Shown here: positions 39,907 to 60,109 of the stretch, in pieces
Position numbering within the stretch: position 1 is the stretch's first letter
Layout of the letters: the number at the start of each line of letters is the position of its first letter
Assembly (NCBI GenBank): GCA_002269645.1
Contig: NIVC01000723.1
Coordinates: 186,001-250,000, forward strand
Origin: Macrostomum lignano
Lineage: Eukaryota
Direction of reading: 5' to 3'
DNA: 64,000 nt
Program-made: the position numbers and the translations under genes
Notes under the pieces: model-generated
The model's database searches: none
Told to the model about the DNA's origin: nothing
The model's input: only the letters and a program-made list of their open reading frames with translations

Positions 39907-40548
39907 ATGGGCATCGGCTCGAGCAGCGAAGCCCGAAGCCGCGTCATCATGATTGGCCTCGACTCGGCTGGCAAGACCACTCTACTGTACAAGCTGAAAA
40001 GTGGCGAAGTCAGCACCTCGATTCCCACTATCGGGTTCAACGTTGAGACACTGAGCCTCAGTCGGAGCACCCAGCTAGTCAGCTGGGATGTTGGCGGACG
40101 CTGTTCGCTGAGACCTCTGTGGCGGCACTACTTCAAAGACGCCCAAGGCCTGATATTTGTAGTTGACAGCTCCGATAGAGATCGGATGCACGAAGCGGCA
40201 GACGAGTTGGCTCGACTACTCGAACACGACGAGCTCGCTGGCTGCCCGCTGCTGGTGCTGGCCAACAAGAAGGACCTGCCGAGTGCCATGCCGCTGGCTG
40301 AGCTGACGGAGAGGCTGCGCGTGCCCTGTCTGCGTCTCAACCGGCCATTCCGGATGTTCGCCATCAGTGCAAGTAACTTTGATGGCGTTGCGGGAGCGTT
40401 CGACTGGCTGGCCAGAGAGGTGAAACGCCGCCTTCCAGGCTCCAAGGATGAAGCTCAAGAAGCATTGGGCAGCCATGGCAACGGCAAAATTCTACAGCTG
40501 ACCGAGAGTCTGCTGCCGAAAGGGCTGCAGAAATTGTTGTTCTCCTAG
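39907..40548 (+). CDS. Arf/Arl-family small GTPase, intronless, 213 aa
   Basis: MG start (Gly2). Motifs [42 protein letters not shown] and NKKD. Confidence 0.95.
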   Translation: MGIGSSSEARSRVIMIGLDSAGKTTLLYKLKSGEVSTSIPTIGFNVETLSLSRSTQLVSWDVGGRCSLRPLWRHYFKDAQGLIFVVDSSDRDRMHEAADELARLLEHDELAGCPLLVLANKKDLPSAMPLAELTERLRVPCLRLNRPFRMFAISASNFDGVAGAFDWLAREVKRRLPGSKDEAQEALGSHGNGKILQLTESLLPKGLQKLLFS

Positions 40549-40739
40549 AAGACTTTACTTTCTTTTTGCTCTGATTCTTAAAAACTTTTAAAAGTTTTGA
40601 AGGTATACACAATTTAGAAAACTGCGCTCGTACATAAAAAATAATCGATTTGTTTATTGTGCCACTTGCAGTAGCCTCTGTTGAAGATACTCTTTCGATG
40701 CAAAAGTCAGGGGCAGCCGTACACCCTGATTGAGCCTGT

Positions 40740-40866
40740 TCAAGGCTTACTGTGGGAATCGCTAAGATGTCAAGGCTTACTGGGGGAATTGCTGAGAGAT
40801 CAAGGCTTACTGGGGGAATTGCTGAGAGATCAAGGCTTACTGGGGATTTGCTGAGATGTCAAGGCT
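40740..40866. repeat. Short about 30-bp tandem repeat (tcaaggcttactgggggaattgctgagaga), about 4 copies
   Basis: Direct reading. Confidence 0.85.
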
Positions 40867-41844
40867 GAGGTGGGAAGCTACATGTTGTTTATTCAGAAAT
40901 TTTTATTTCTATTTTTTGAACAATGTTAAGGTGGCTTATTAAAATGAAAAAGTAATTCATTCTTTCATTTTAAAGGATTCTCAAATAATTTTCGTCTTTT
41001 GCTTATTAGCCGCCCCGTAGGGGGGCACTAGATTGCTAGTCTAATATACTAAAAATAGAATGTCTAAATCGCGCACTGAGATGTAGATGAAGACTAGGAA
41101 AAAAGAGGAACCCGCATTTAATCGATAGATAGACAATACGAGGCACAACGAATATCAATTCTCTTCACGAAGAGCCGCCAAAATTAACATAATTATGACA
41201 AAATGCATAATTTTATAAATCAATTTGAATAGGCATGAATTATAAAATCAGCAGAGATAAAAAATTGAGAAACGTGACAGGAGTGTGAATGACTGTGCAT
41301 TCAGTCAAGCAAAAGAATAAGAAACCTGCTAAGACTGAGAGACCAAGATGGGGAAAGATTAAGTAGAGATTAGATAAAGATTAGATAGAGATTACACTGT
41401 AGATAGAAATTAGATAGAAATTAAATATAGATTGCATAGAGATGACAGATTATATAGAGCTTAGATAGGGATCGGATAGAGATTAGATGGAGATTAGATA
41501 GATTAGATGGGGATTAGGTATGGATTAGATAAAGATTAGATCGAGATTATTAGATATTATATTATTAGAAATCATATTGCCAATTAGATTTGATTGGTAT
41601 AAGGATAGATAAGCCTATAAGTGTCTAATGTACTTTTTCTGTTTTCCTTTTGTACTTTTGTTTGTTATTTCAACATCTCCGACTCCCATGGTGACTGTTT
41701 TGGAATGTTAAATAAGAAAATTTATGCGCGAAATCAATCTGGAATTCTTATTTACCTGATTGGGAAAAATAAAAATGCCACAAATATGCAAAACATGGTC
41801 GTCTAGACGAGCAGGATGTGTTTATTTCAAGAAAGATTTTGGTA

Positions 41845-42556
41845 GTGAGTCAGGCAATGAGTCTGGTAATGAGTATAGTAATGAGTTTATTAATGAGTTT
41901 GGTAATGAATTTGGTAATGAGTTTGGTAATGAGTTTAGTAATGAGTATAGTAATGAGTATATTAATGAGTTTGGCAATGATTATAGTAATGAGTTTGGCA
42001 ATGAGTATAGTAATGAGTATATTAATGAGTTTGGCAATGATTATAGTAATGAGTTTGGCAATGAGTATAGTAATGAGTTTGGCAATGAGTATAGTAATGA
42101 GTATATTAATGAGTTTGGCAATGATTATAGTAATGAGTTTGGCAATGAGTATAGTAATGAGTATATTAATGAGTTTGGCAATGATTATAGTAATGAGTTT
42201 GGCAATGAGTATAGTAATGAGTATATTAATGAGTTTGGCAATGATTATAGTAATGAGTTTGGCAATGAGTATAGTAATGAGTTTGGCAATGAGTATAGTA
42301 ATGAGTATATTAATGAGTCTGGTAATGAGTTTGGTAATGAGTTTGGTAATGCGTTCGGTAATGAGTTTGGTGATGAGTATAGTAATGAGTATATTAATGA
42401 GTTTGGCAATGATTATAGTAATGAGTTTGGCAATGAGTCTAGTAATGAGTCTGGTAATGAGTTTGGTAATGAGTCTGGTAATGAGTATAGTAATGAGTCT
42501 GGTAATGAGTATAGTAATGAGTCTGGTAATGAGTATACTAATGAGTCTGGTAATGA
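41845..42556. repeat. 12-bp minisatellite (aatgagtttggt variants) with 60-bp higher-order pattern
   Basis: Direct reading; successive 60-nt lines at 41941-42060 and 42121-42240 repeat almost exactly. Confidence 0.95.
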
Positions 42557-42972
42557 TAAAATGGTAAAATATCCTTTGGTTTCAGCTAAGGAAGGGGAAA
42601 AATTATTTCGCTCACGTGAATTGAAATTCTCCCCAGCCTAATTCCCTGCCTGCAAATCCCTCGACGAAAAGAAAAAACAAAAAATTCCGAGAAGAAAACA
42701 GAAGCAGTTGCTGAGCAGTGGCAAAGGGCGGCTCTGCCTCCAGCGGGATTCTGAGTGAGAAGGCCCGATCCTCTGCATTGGACGGGAAGCACATTGACGA
42801 ACAGCGGAGACGACGTGGGGAAGTGGGAGGAGGGGAGGGGATTTGGGAGAACTGCCCTGCTGGAGGCGCGTTTAAAGCAGCTGGGCGGAAAATGCCAGCT
42901 TCAGCTGAATAAATTATTGGCTGAGAACGCTTGAGAATTAAAAGTGAAGTACCGCTTCAGTTCCTTAGGTAA

Positions 42973-43765
<793 letters not shown>

Positions 43766-44174
43766 CAATCCCATAATCCCGCTCATCTCATCTCAACCCA
43801 CAAGGCTCAGCTAACGCAGATGCCGCAGAGGCCGTGAGCTCCAGCTCACCCAGCCTGTATTTGGCAAGCCAAGTTCATCCTGGCACAGAAATCTCACAGC
43901 TCATTCGCCATGTTAACTAAACCCTTGGAGCGATTTCCTCAGCTCCATCAGGCCGCTTGCACTTTAGCTATGGCCCTGGCAGCCACTGTCACCCGTCCAT
44001 AGCTGGCACACTCAGAGATAAACCTGGTTTACGATCGTATTTTCAGCAGTTTGTTCCGGGGATCTCAAGCTTGCCGAGCTGAATTTATTGGTTTTCCTAG
44101 GAAAAGTCTCGGGCAGCCTGTTTTATGCTTTGTTAGTCTGATTAAAGTATGGGGGGAGGGAGACACTGGGGAGA

Positions 44175-44765
44175 GAGGGAGACAGGTTGAGATACAGGGT
44201 GAGAAAAGAGAGTCACAGGATGAGATACAGGGTGAGAAAAGAGAGTCACAGGGTGAGATACAGGGTGAGAGAAGAGAGTCATAGGGTGAGATACAGGGTA
44301 AGGGAGGAGAGTCACAGGATGAGAGAGGAGAGTCGCAGCGTGAGATACAGGGTGAGAGAAGGGAGTCAGGGGGAGATACAGGGCGAGAGAAGGGAGTCAC
44401 AGGGTGAGATGCAGGGTGAGAAAAGAGAGTCACAGGGTGAGATACAGGGTGAGAAAAGAGAGTCACAGGGTGAGATACAGGGTGAGAGAAGAGAGTCATA
44501 GGGTGAGATACAGGGTAAGGGAGGAGAGTCACAGGATGAGAGAGGAGAGTCGCAGCGTGAGATACAGGGTGAGAGAAGGGAGTCAGGGGGAGATACAGGG
44601 TGAGAGAAGGGAGTCACAGGGTGAGATACAGGGTGAGAGAAGAGAGTCGCAGGGTGAGATACAGGGTGAGAGAAGAGAGTCACAGGGTGAGATACAGGGT
44701 GAGAGAAGAGAGTCACAGGGTGAGATACAGGGTGACAGAGGGAGTCACAGGGTGAGATACAGGGT
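44175..44765. repeat. About 33-bp purine-rich minisatellite (gggtgagatacagggtgagaaaagagagtcaca)
   Basis: Direct reading, with an internal block duplication. Confidence 0.93.
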
Positions 44766-44957
44766 AAGACTGAAAGAGATGCCCTCTGTGAATCCATCGG
44801 GAGCTGAAATCTCATTCTTGGATCCCAATGAGGTCAAATCAAGGTCACAGCGCACTTCTCCGTCAACCAAAGGTAGCTTTTTAACTGTGAGAGAAATTTA
44901 ATATTAATGACCTAATTAACCAGGTAGCCTAGGCCTCGCAAAAGACTGGCTTGAGCC

Positions 44958-47825
<2,868 letters not shown>

Positions 47826-47884
47826 GTGCCGCTTGAGCACGGAGGAGAACCTCAGAGTTGGTTTTGCCTGACTGCTTTGGATCA

Positions 47885-48412
47885 TTAGATTGGATCTATT
47901 GAGATGAGATTGGATCTATTGGGATGAGATAGAATCTATTGGGATGAGATCAGATTTATTGGGATGAGATTGGATCTATTGGGATGAGATCAGATCTATT
48001 GAAATAAGATTAGATCTATTGGGATGAGATTGGATCTATTAGGATTAGATTGGATCTATTGAGATGAGATTGGATCTATTAGGATTAGATTGGATCTATT
48101 GAGATGAAATTGGATCTATTTGGATGATATCAGATCTATTGAAATTAGATTAGATCTATTGGGATGAGATTAGATCTATTGGGATGAGATAGGATCTATT
48201 GGGGTGAGATTGGATCTATTGAAATTAGATTGGATCTATTGAGATGAAATTGGATCTATTGGGATGAGATTGGATCTATTGGGATGAGATCAGATTTATT
48301 GGGATGAGATTGGATCTATTAGGATTAGATTGGATCTATTGAGATGAGATTAGATCTATTGGGATGAGATCAAATCTATTGAAATTAAATTAGATCTATT
48401 GGGATGAGATTG
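47885..48412. repeat. 20-bp minisatellite (gagattggatctattgggat)
   Basis: Direct reading. Confidence 0.95.
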
Positions 48413-48674
48413 GGCGTAAAAGTGGGTGTAGGTCATTTAGAGTGGGTTTAGGTTATACATTTTTATTAAATATTTTAGCTTTCACTACAAACAAATCGTT
48501 TTTGTGTTTCTGCAGTCTCGAACAATCACCTTTGTCATTAATATAAGCGTTACACACTATTAATAATACTCTGACTAAAGTCAGTTACGATTCGTTCAAA
48601 TGAGATTTGTTGTTTATTTTTAACCTAAAAAGAAAGCGAAGCATAGTTTATTAAATATCTTAAAGATTATAAAG

Positions 48675-49412
48675 TGGATAATGGGATTCGGGTAAGGTTA
48701 CATGAAATTCAGGTGAGATTGAATAGGGCTCAGGTGAAATTGGATAGGATTTGGGTGATATTCGATAGGATTCAGGTGAGACTGGACGGGATTCAGGTGA
48801 GATTGGATAGAATTCAGGTGAGATTGGATATGGCTCAGGTGATATTGGATACGGCTCAGTTGAGATTTGATAGGGCTCAGCTAAGATTGGATAGGATTCT
48901 GGTGATATTCGATAGGATTCAGGTGAGATTGGAGAGAATTCAGGTGAGATTGGATACGGCTCAGGTGAGATTGAATAGGATTCAGGTGAGATTGGATAGA
49001 ACTCAGGTGAGATTGAATAGGGCTCAGGTGAGATTGGATAGGATTCGGGTGATATTCGATAGGATTCTGGTGAGATTGGATAGGATTCAGGTGAGATTGG
49101 ATAAAATTTAGGTGAGATTGGATACGGCTCAGGTGAGATTGGATACGGCTCAGCTAAGATTGGATAGGATTCTGGTGATATTCGATAGGATTCTGGTGAG
49201 AGTGGATAGGATTCAGGTGAGATTGGATAGAATTCAGGTGAGATTGGATACGGCTCAGCTAAGATTGGATAGGATTCTGGTGAGAGTGGATAGGATTCAG
49301 GTGAGATTGGATAGGATTCAGGTGAGATTGGATACGGCTCAGGTGAGATTGGATAGGATTCAGGTGAGATTGGATACGGCTCAGGTGAGATTGGATAGAG
49401 CTCAGGTAAGAT
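48675..49412. repeat. 21-bp minisatellite (attcaggtgagattggatagg)
   Basis: Direct reading. Confidence 0.95.
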
Positions 49413-49562
49413 TAGAAAGACTCGAATGCGAAGATGGTTTTGGCACTTTGACTTCTTCGGGTTGCGCAGTTGCCCAGCAGCTGTCAGTCAGTGAGTTTTC
49501 TTCAACACTATGTTTTTTAAATTTTCTTTTTTTTATTGTTTTTTTTCATTTTTATATTTTTT

Positions 49563-50648
49563 TTAAGAGTGCGGCGGTTCCTGCACCTCCTGTTTCACTG
49601 CTCTCAGACCCAAAACCGGCTCCGAAGCAGAGAAGCTGCTGCTGGGAATTTCCGTATCTTCATGCCCTGTGTCTTCGCCTTCCGCCTCATGTGCAGCCTC
49701 CCGCTCTGCCTCCGTCATCTCTTGAATAAAATCATCGAATCCGTTTTCACCCTCCGCATTGTCCAGCAGATCATCTTCAACTTCGGAGGAGTCCAGCCGA
49801 GTCTCGCGTACGAACACGAACACCTTGGTTAAAACGATTCAAAACGTGAAATTATGGCAATAATGTTCTCACATGCTACTGGTGAAAGCGCTTTAAAATT
49901 TGGGTCAGACGTGCAACCGACAGCTCAGCCGCAGCTATTGCGCGGCGCATCTGGAGGCTGTTCAGTCGCCACGCACACCCTCAATTACCCCAGCTAATGC
50001 TGGCACCCATTTTACAGCTGGGTGAACTGAAGCAATGCAGAGTTAAGTGTCTTGCTCAAGGACACAGATTGTTCCGAGTGGGTCAAGAATCGAACCCCTA
50101 ACCTTCAATGCGTAAGTCCGAAGCTCTAACCACTAGGCTGCAACCCCGTCGCTTTCTACGCTCGTAGTTGCGCTAATTAATTAATCACCTATAAATTACA
50201 TGCATGGTGATTTTTCGCTACGGAAAACATGTTTCTTTCTTCTTAGTAACTGTACTGCCTACTGTTAGTAGTTAATTCGAAAGTTCTGGCGCACCTGCAC
50301 CCCAGCTGGCAGACCCTCCTGCTCCGGAGTGTTCGATGCTGTCACCTGCAGCGGTTTCAGCCCGCTGATGCTGGCGTGCTCTGGCAGGCAGTTGAAGTAG
50401 AAGGCGCAGTCGCCACCGAGACCGAGGCGACGCCGCACTGTGTCGATGGCTTTGTTGAAGGCCATATGGCGGGCCAGCTGCACCGAAGCTCTGGCTGTCC
50501 AGCTGCACATTCGGTCGGGTTGGAAGTGCTGCTCAGTGAGGGTGGGCAGCGAGTCGGGCTTCGGGATCAGGAAGTTGATCTGGACGCATTCCAGTCGGGA
50601 ACGGCCCGCTGTCGGCTGCTGCAGATGTTGAAGACGGCCGAGGTGCAT
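49563..50648 (-). CDS. Ubiquitin/SUMO-like-domain protein with acidic C-terminal tail, about 204 aa (start uncertain)
   Basis: Exon 50648-50295 and exon 49823-49563, phase-0 intron (cag|gtgcgc..ccaag|gtg). The spliced core VQLARHMAFNKAIDTVRRRLGL..CAFYF..SNTPEQEGLPAGVQVFVFVRE follows SUMO beta-grasp spacing. No C-terminal diglycine. Confidence 0.55.
49905..50147 (-). mobile_element. tRNA-derived SINE, copy 2 (intronic), with two internal deletions
   Basis: Reverse complement of the 11034-11310 element; A box gcctagtggttagagc and B box ggttcgattc. Confidence 0.85.
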
Positions 50649-50850
50649 CGGGTTGGGCTTCTGGCGTGGCTGTGTGTGACCACGGATTCTGTATACTCAG
50701 AGAATCATGTAGCTCCCATGATGCCCGTAAAAAGAAAAATTTAGTCAAGTTCCAAGCTTTTTTCGCAATTTTAGTCTATGGCTTTGGTTTAGAAACTTTG
50801 CCTTTTGAAAGGAATCAACGAGGAATAAGCTACATGTACACTTCTACAAG

Positions 50851-51203
50851 TACCAGTGAGCTCAGGTGAACTCTCATCCAGTTCTACCAGTGAGCTCAGG
50901 TGAACTCTCATCCAGTTCTACCAGTGAGCTCAGGTGAACTCTCATCCAGTTCTACCAGTGAGCTCAGGTGAACTCTCATCCAGTTCTACCAGTGAGCTCA
51001 GGTGAACTCTCATCCAGTTCTACCAGTGAGCTCAGGTGAACTCTCATCCTGTTCTACCATTGAGCTCAGGTGAACTCTCATCCAGTTCTACCAGTGAGCT
51101 CAGGTGAACTCTCATCCTGTTCTACCATTGAGCTCAGGTGAACTCTCATCCAGTTCTACCAGTGAGCTCAGGTAAACTCTCATCCAGTTCTACCAGTGAG
51201 CTC
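50851..51203. repeat. 34-bp tandem repeat (about 10 copies) abutting the LINE 5' region
   Basis: ccagtgagctcaggtgaactctcatccagttcta, no spacers. Confidence 0.96.
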
Positions 51204-53470
51204 GCTCGCACGGGCGTATTCAGCATGCCAGTGAAGTATGAGACAGACCAGGCCTATGGGCTAGGGTCTGCGATCCTCCACGCCTGCCCCTATCTTCAGC
51301 AGGTAAAGGCTGGTGGGACGTCTGCACCCTCTATTTACCGCTGGCAGCCGCAGACCCCCCTCACGCTGTCTCGCAAGCCGACCCAGGGTACCCGTCCCCG
51401 CGAGTGTTTAAGTCAGGCCCTAGGGCTGCCGGACTGTCTGGGCTCCGGCGCTGGGGACCCATCCAGTGGCTTTTGCCGTACTTGGGTATGCAGATCTGGC
51501 TCGCCAGTCCGCAGGCCGTGGTACTGCTCAACGTACCCTCTAACGCCTTAAGGTGTTCGACCGTGCCGACGGGCTGGAAGGCCGGGGAGTAGTCCGGTCG
51601 CAAGCGGTCCCCCTCCTGGTGTCGGGCCAGCCTTGAGGGTTCTTTTGGCCTACTGCCCGGTCAGGTGGAGCGGCCGGGTGGGTACCGCACCCCTTCGAGG
51701 GTAGCCCACCAACCTTTATCATGGCCTTCGAGCCGACTATGGATAAACAAGCTATTTCTAGGGACGGGGACCCTTCTAAACCCCAACCTCAGTCCGACGG
51801 ACCGGACGGCCCTGCTGGCAGATCCCAACCGACTGATTCAACTGTGGCAAAGGAAGGACCGGCTGGCTCTGCTGGCAGATCCGACCAGAGCTACCAAACT
51901 CAAAATACCCAAAGACCTGCCAGCTCTGCTGGTGGATCTAAGGGAACCGCGAGCTCTGAGCCTAAAGGACCGGCCAAATCTGGCAGATCCGACGAAGCTC
52001 AGCGGGCTCGGCTTGAGCGCAAACGCGCTAAGCAACGCGCCAAAAGGCAGGCCAAGAAGGGAGCTGCGGGGGCCAAAGCGGCGGCGTCCACCATGGATGC
52101 TGAAGCGACTGGCGTCCCAAGGCAACCAGACGGGCCGGCCGGTGGAAGCTCCAGTAGTTCAGCGGCGGCGCTCCCTGGAGATGCTGCTGCGGCTGCTGAG
52201 GCCGAAACCACGGCGCAACATATGGCCACTGCCAACAAGGAGGTTCCTTCGGGAGCTACCTTTGCGGCGAAGGCCAAGGCCAAAATCTCGGGAGTGATCA
52301 TCCAAGGTCGCGACCAGGACTGGACCACTGATCCGCTTCAAAAAGTGTGGAGTGCTGTTGACTCCTATCTGATTGAGCTGACTGTCGAGGAGGGAATCTC
52401 CATCGGCATTGAGCAGATGGTGCTGCAAAGCACATTCGCTCTTATTGCTTCTACATGTAGCAGTGAGGAGGACGCTCAGCAGCTGCTCCAGCGGCTACCG
52501 ACGGTCTCCTTGGATGCTGACCTCGGCGGAGCCCTTTTTCTTCGTGAAGGCCGGCGTCCAAAGACAATACCCTACGTGGTTTTTGTCCCTGCAAAGAGCA
52601 CCGCAGCTGGACCAGACGTTGTCCTCTGGGTCCTACTGCGCCTGAATCCCGACCTCCCTGTTAGTGGACTGGTGTATCACCGCAATGTCCGCAGGGGGAG
52701 ACGGGCAAGTCAATTTTCCTCGGCCTTTCCAACGTTTGGGCGAGTCGGTCCCTAACCTAGGGAAACGGATCCTTTTTCCAGCTGGGTGCCCTCAAGCTCA
52801 AGATGCGCCGAGGAAAGTCTGCCAAAGGGAAGGCTGCTGCCAACCCCGGCATCTCCGGCAAGAGCGGAGCGCAGTCTAAGGCCCAAGGAAAGGCGCAAGC
52901 CGATCCCAAATCCAGAGCTGCGTCTCGCCCCTCTGCTAGCAGCAATTCGGCGACCCCGGTGACGGCTCCGGCCAAGCCCCGGGAACCGAACCTGCCAGCC
53001 GGAGAAGGAGTTGAGGACGAGGCCGGGTCTTCGGAATCCGAGCTCTCCTCGGCCACCATTTTGCATGCAGTCAGTTTCTTTAGACAAATAGACACGGTTC
53101 ACTGGTGGGGTCTGAAGACAAAGATGCAGATGAGGAAGCTTCCTCCATCCTGTCATCGGAGCCTGAGGACTCTGCTGGGGGAGGGGGGGCTGGTGGGGGT
53201 GAGGAGGCCATGGACGTCGACCAACTCCCATCTCCCAGTCAAGCCCCAACGGCCTGGGACGAGTACAATTTGCTGTCCAAGTCTCCTTGATGGCCCGGGG
53301 CTCTAGCCAGACATTGCATTTAATACAGTATGACTAAGCTCCACGCTGCCAAAGGAGCGACATTCTGTCTGCAAATAAATTTACAGCATTGCGTATCTGC
53401 GTCAGTAAATCTGATGAAGATTGCTGAGCTGTACAGGCCAGGCCTCATTCTGATCCAGGAACTCTGGACA
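51204..53470 (+). mobile_element. Non-LTR retrotransposon (LOA/R1-like) 5' half: GC-rich leader, ORF1, start of ORF2 AP endonuclease
   Basis: ORF1 51721-52755 has a DUF4780-like region (VVFVP..DVVLWVLLRLNPDL); low-complexity coding-like sequence continues in another frame to about 53300. ORF2 start at 53330 reads CLQINLQHCVSAS..LILIQELW, the APE N-terminal motif. It ends abruptly. Confidence 0.75.
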
Positions 53471-53474
53471 GCTC

Positions 53475-54240
53475 TTATTGCTCCATCTCGGCATCCCTCG
53501 CCACCTCTGCCGTTCCTGGGATTCGCGGTTTTGTATGTCTGAGATGCTTCCTCGTGAGTTTTCCATCTTCTCCCTCGACCTTGACGACTTTGGCCCACTC
53601 GGGTTCTCTCGCCAGTTGAATGACTGGGCCGCGCAGCAGATGTCCTCTCATTAGTTCCGGTGACATCCCAGTTGCTGAATGCTTTGCATTTCTATATTGT
53701 AGCTGTCGATACTGGCTTGCATGTCATTGTGATCAAAAGCTACACGAAGTGGTTTTTAGATCCCGGACGAACCTTTCTGGTATGCCATTTGAGCGAGGAT
53801 GGTACGGTGGTGTCAAAAGATGTTTACAGCCAATCGCTCGGAGCCAGGTTTCCATCTGTTTCGAGACAATCTGAGGTCCGTTGTCTGTGACAGTGACAGA
53901 CGGCACTCCCTCCTGTGCAAATGTCCGACGGAGTGAGGAACACTTGTGCCACTGATGTCCTTCTCTCTTCTTTGGACAGCTTCACACGCCGCAGCGAAAG
54001 CAGCGACATTCTTCCATGTCAAATCTTTACAGCAATTTCCGCAGGATTTCCCTGTTGTGGAGACCAAATATGAACCGGTCACGAAGTCTTTCCGAGTCGT
54101 CCACAAAGTCGCAGCCCTCCGATAGTCGCTTCAGCCTGCGACTGTAGGCCAAGATGCCCTCACTGCTCTCTTGATTGGTCTTGTGGAACTCGAATCTACT
54201 AGCGATTACAGACTTCTCGCCCATCCTCGCCGCCATTGTT
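53475..54240 (-). mobile_element. Internally deleted, degenerate Ty3/Gypsy LTR-retrotransposon fragment (gag N-part joined to integrase core)
   Basis: Gag: RLRDRFIFGLHNREILRKLL, then frameshifted DLTWKNVAAFAAACEA. Integrase: VTDNGPQIVSKQM..HLLTPPYHPRSNGIPERFVRDLK and HSATGMSPEL. No PR/RT/RH and no LTR recognised. Confidence 0.82.
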
Positions 54241-55179
54241 GGACCTCTCGTTAGGTCTTAAAAAGGAACTGAAGTCTGATCGCTTGGTTTGAGTGGACCT
54301 TTTTTCTTTTTTGACCTTTTTTGTCGCTGCTCTCGTTTGTCAAATCAGCTGTCAAGTCATTCGCGACCTGGCCCTGAGGCGCGCCCTGTGACGCTGAACG
54401 GTATTTTGTTGTTGTTGTTGCTGTTGGTTGTCAAATCAATACGGTAAACTCAAAAAAGCTATAGAGTAAAACAAAAATAACGTATGCAACAGTTTGAGTT
54501 CAGCGTGATGTGATTCAGCCTAAATTCCGCCTCGTATCCTTCTTGACTCAATGCTTATGACATAACTGTTTTTCCTCTGCAAAATCATTTTTTTAGTTCT
54601 AGCTTTAGCCTCTGCTAATGCTCCTACGCTCCTATTTATTCTGAATTTTTAGTAATCTTTCTGACCAAAACACAAATTTAACCCAATGTTATTGGGCCTT
54701 TTAACTACTTGTAAGTAGGTATTGTTGATGAGTAACACCCGACAACACCTGTTGAGGAAGAAAAGTTTACTGTCTGACAAAAATCAAAGCTGAATAAGAC
54801 TTCATTCTAGACGGGAGATGCATATACAAATATGATCACTTTCAATTAATGTACTTTAGTAACTATGGTTCTCCAAGAATGAAAAACAGACAAACTACTT
54901 TTTGTGAAGATTACGAGTATAAGTAGTTTCGAAGAGTTTTGCTTTCGAAAAAAACTTTCAAAGCTCGGCATGATGTGAGCGTTTACTTTGAAGTACTGAA
55001 GTTTTGTGAGTAGAAAGTGTTTGCTTTTTATAGAAAAGCAGCCAAGAGATTTTTAAACTACGAATATCTTGACTTTATCTATGAGATATCTTTTTAGTTT
55101 TTTTGTTAATCTGTTCTATATTTAGCCCACCTAGAAACTTAAGACAAAATTTCCTAAATAATTCACATTTCCTTAAATT

Positions 55180-55665
55180 CTTTCTTGTCTCTCTTGTGTC
55201 TGTCTTGTGTCTGTCTTGTCTCTCTTGTGTCTGTCTTGTCTCTCTTGTGTCTCTCTTGTGTCTGTCTTGTCTGTCTTGTGTCTGTCTTGTCTCTCTTGTG
55301 TCTGTCTTGTCTCTCTTGTGTCTGTCTTGTCTGTCTTGTGTCTGTCTTGTATGTCTTGTGTCTGTCTTGTCTCTCTTGTGTCTGTCTTGTCTCTCTTGTG
55401 TCTGTCTTGTCTCTCTTGTGTCTCTCTTGTGTCTGTCTTGTCTCTCTTGTGTCTGTCTTGTCTCTCTTGTGTCTGTCTTGTCTGTCTTGTGTCTGTCTTG
55501 TCTGTCTTGTGTCTGTCTTGTCTCTCTTGTGTCTGTCTTGTCTGTCTTGTGTCTGTCTTGTCTGTCTTGTGTCTGTCTTGTCTCTCTTGTTTCTGTCTTG
55601 TCTCTCTTGTTTCTGTCTTGTCTGTATTGTGTCTGTCTTGTCTCTCTTGTGTGTCTCTTGTTTGC
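55180..55665. repeat. About 20-bp minisatellite (ttgtgtctgtcttgtctctc)
   Basis: Direct reading. Confidence 0.95.
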
Positions 55666-56324
55666 TTTTCTTCTTCCTAAATTGCTATATAGCATGAGTA
55701 GATGAAATGGAAAATAAATTCTGTCTCTCAGAATAGTAGGGGGACTCAAGAGTTCACTGGTAGGTCAGCAACAGAAGACGATGCAGCGGAAACGACTGCT
55801 CAACACGCGAGCACGAGGCAACCGGAGCACACACTGGGCCAGCCCCGCCCTCCCAACCCCACACCAACGTGCTCGGGCGCACAAAAGCCTTTTATTGGCC
55901 AACTCTAAACACCCCCCCCTGCTCAGCCCGAAAAGCTGTCCTGTGGAGCCATGCGTATGACAGCTAAAATTATTTGCCTTCTCAGCCACACGCGGTGGCA
56001 GGCTGGGGTTGCTGTGATAGAAGCACAGTGCCAGTGACAGTATCTATATTATTGAGCTCAGTGCACGCTCGCAAACTGCAGTGTTTCACGTCCTGCGACG
56101 ACAGCTCCCCGCCTTCCACACCACCAACCCACTGGCGCACACAGCTATTAATTTTCCATCTGCGCTTCTTTTGTCCATCGCTGTCGGTTCCCCTCCAGAG
56201 CGCATCGGAGAAATTCTGCCACGTCAGCCAGACAGAGCCGTGTTTATATAGCTGACCTCTCTCTGTTTTGCCCTATAGAACTACGCTTTCATTGCTAGAG
56301 AAATCTCATTTCGAACTGTAAAGT

Positions 56325-60109
<3,785 letters not shown>

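Noticed and set aside
41760-42641. 293-aa NEFG/NEYS repeat protein
   Set aside because: A 12-bp unit keeps frames open automatically. There is no signal peptide, splice context or family motif; RNA-seq or proteomics would be needed to revive it.
48674-49729. Coiled-coil-looking RLDRIQV ORFs
   Set aside because: They come from a 21-bp tandem repeat that mimics a heptad, start at non-ATG codons, and have no unique domain.
51204-51720. HDV-like ribozyme in the LINE leader
   Set aside because: Such ribozymes are known in some LINE 5' UTRs, but I could not assign a full P1-P4 nested pseudoknot with a proper J4/2 by eye. An RNArobo or Infernal search would be decisive.
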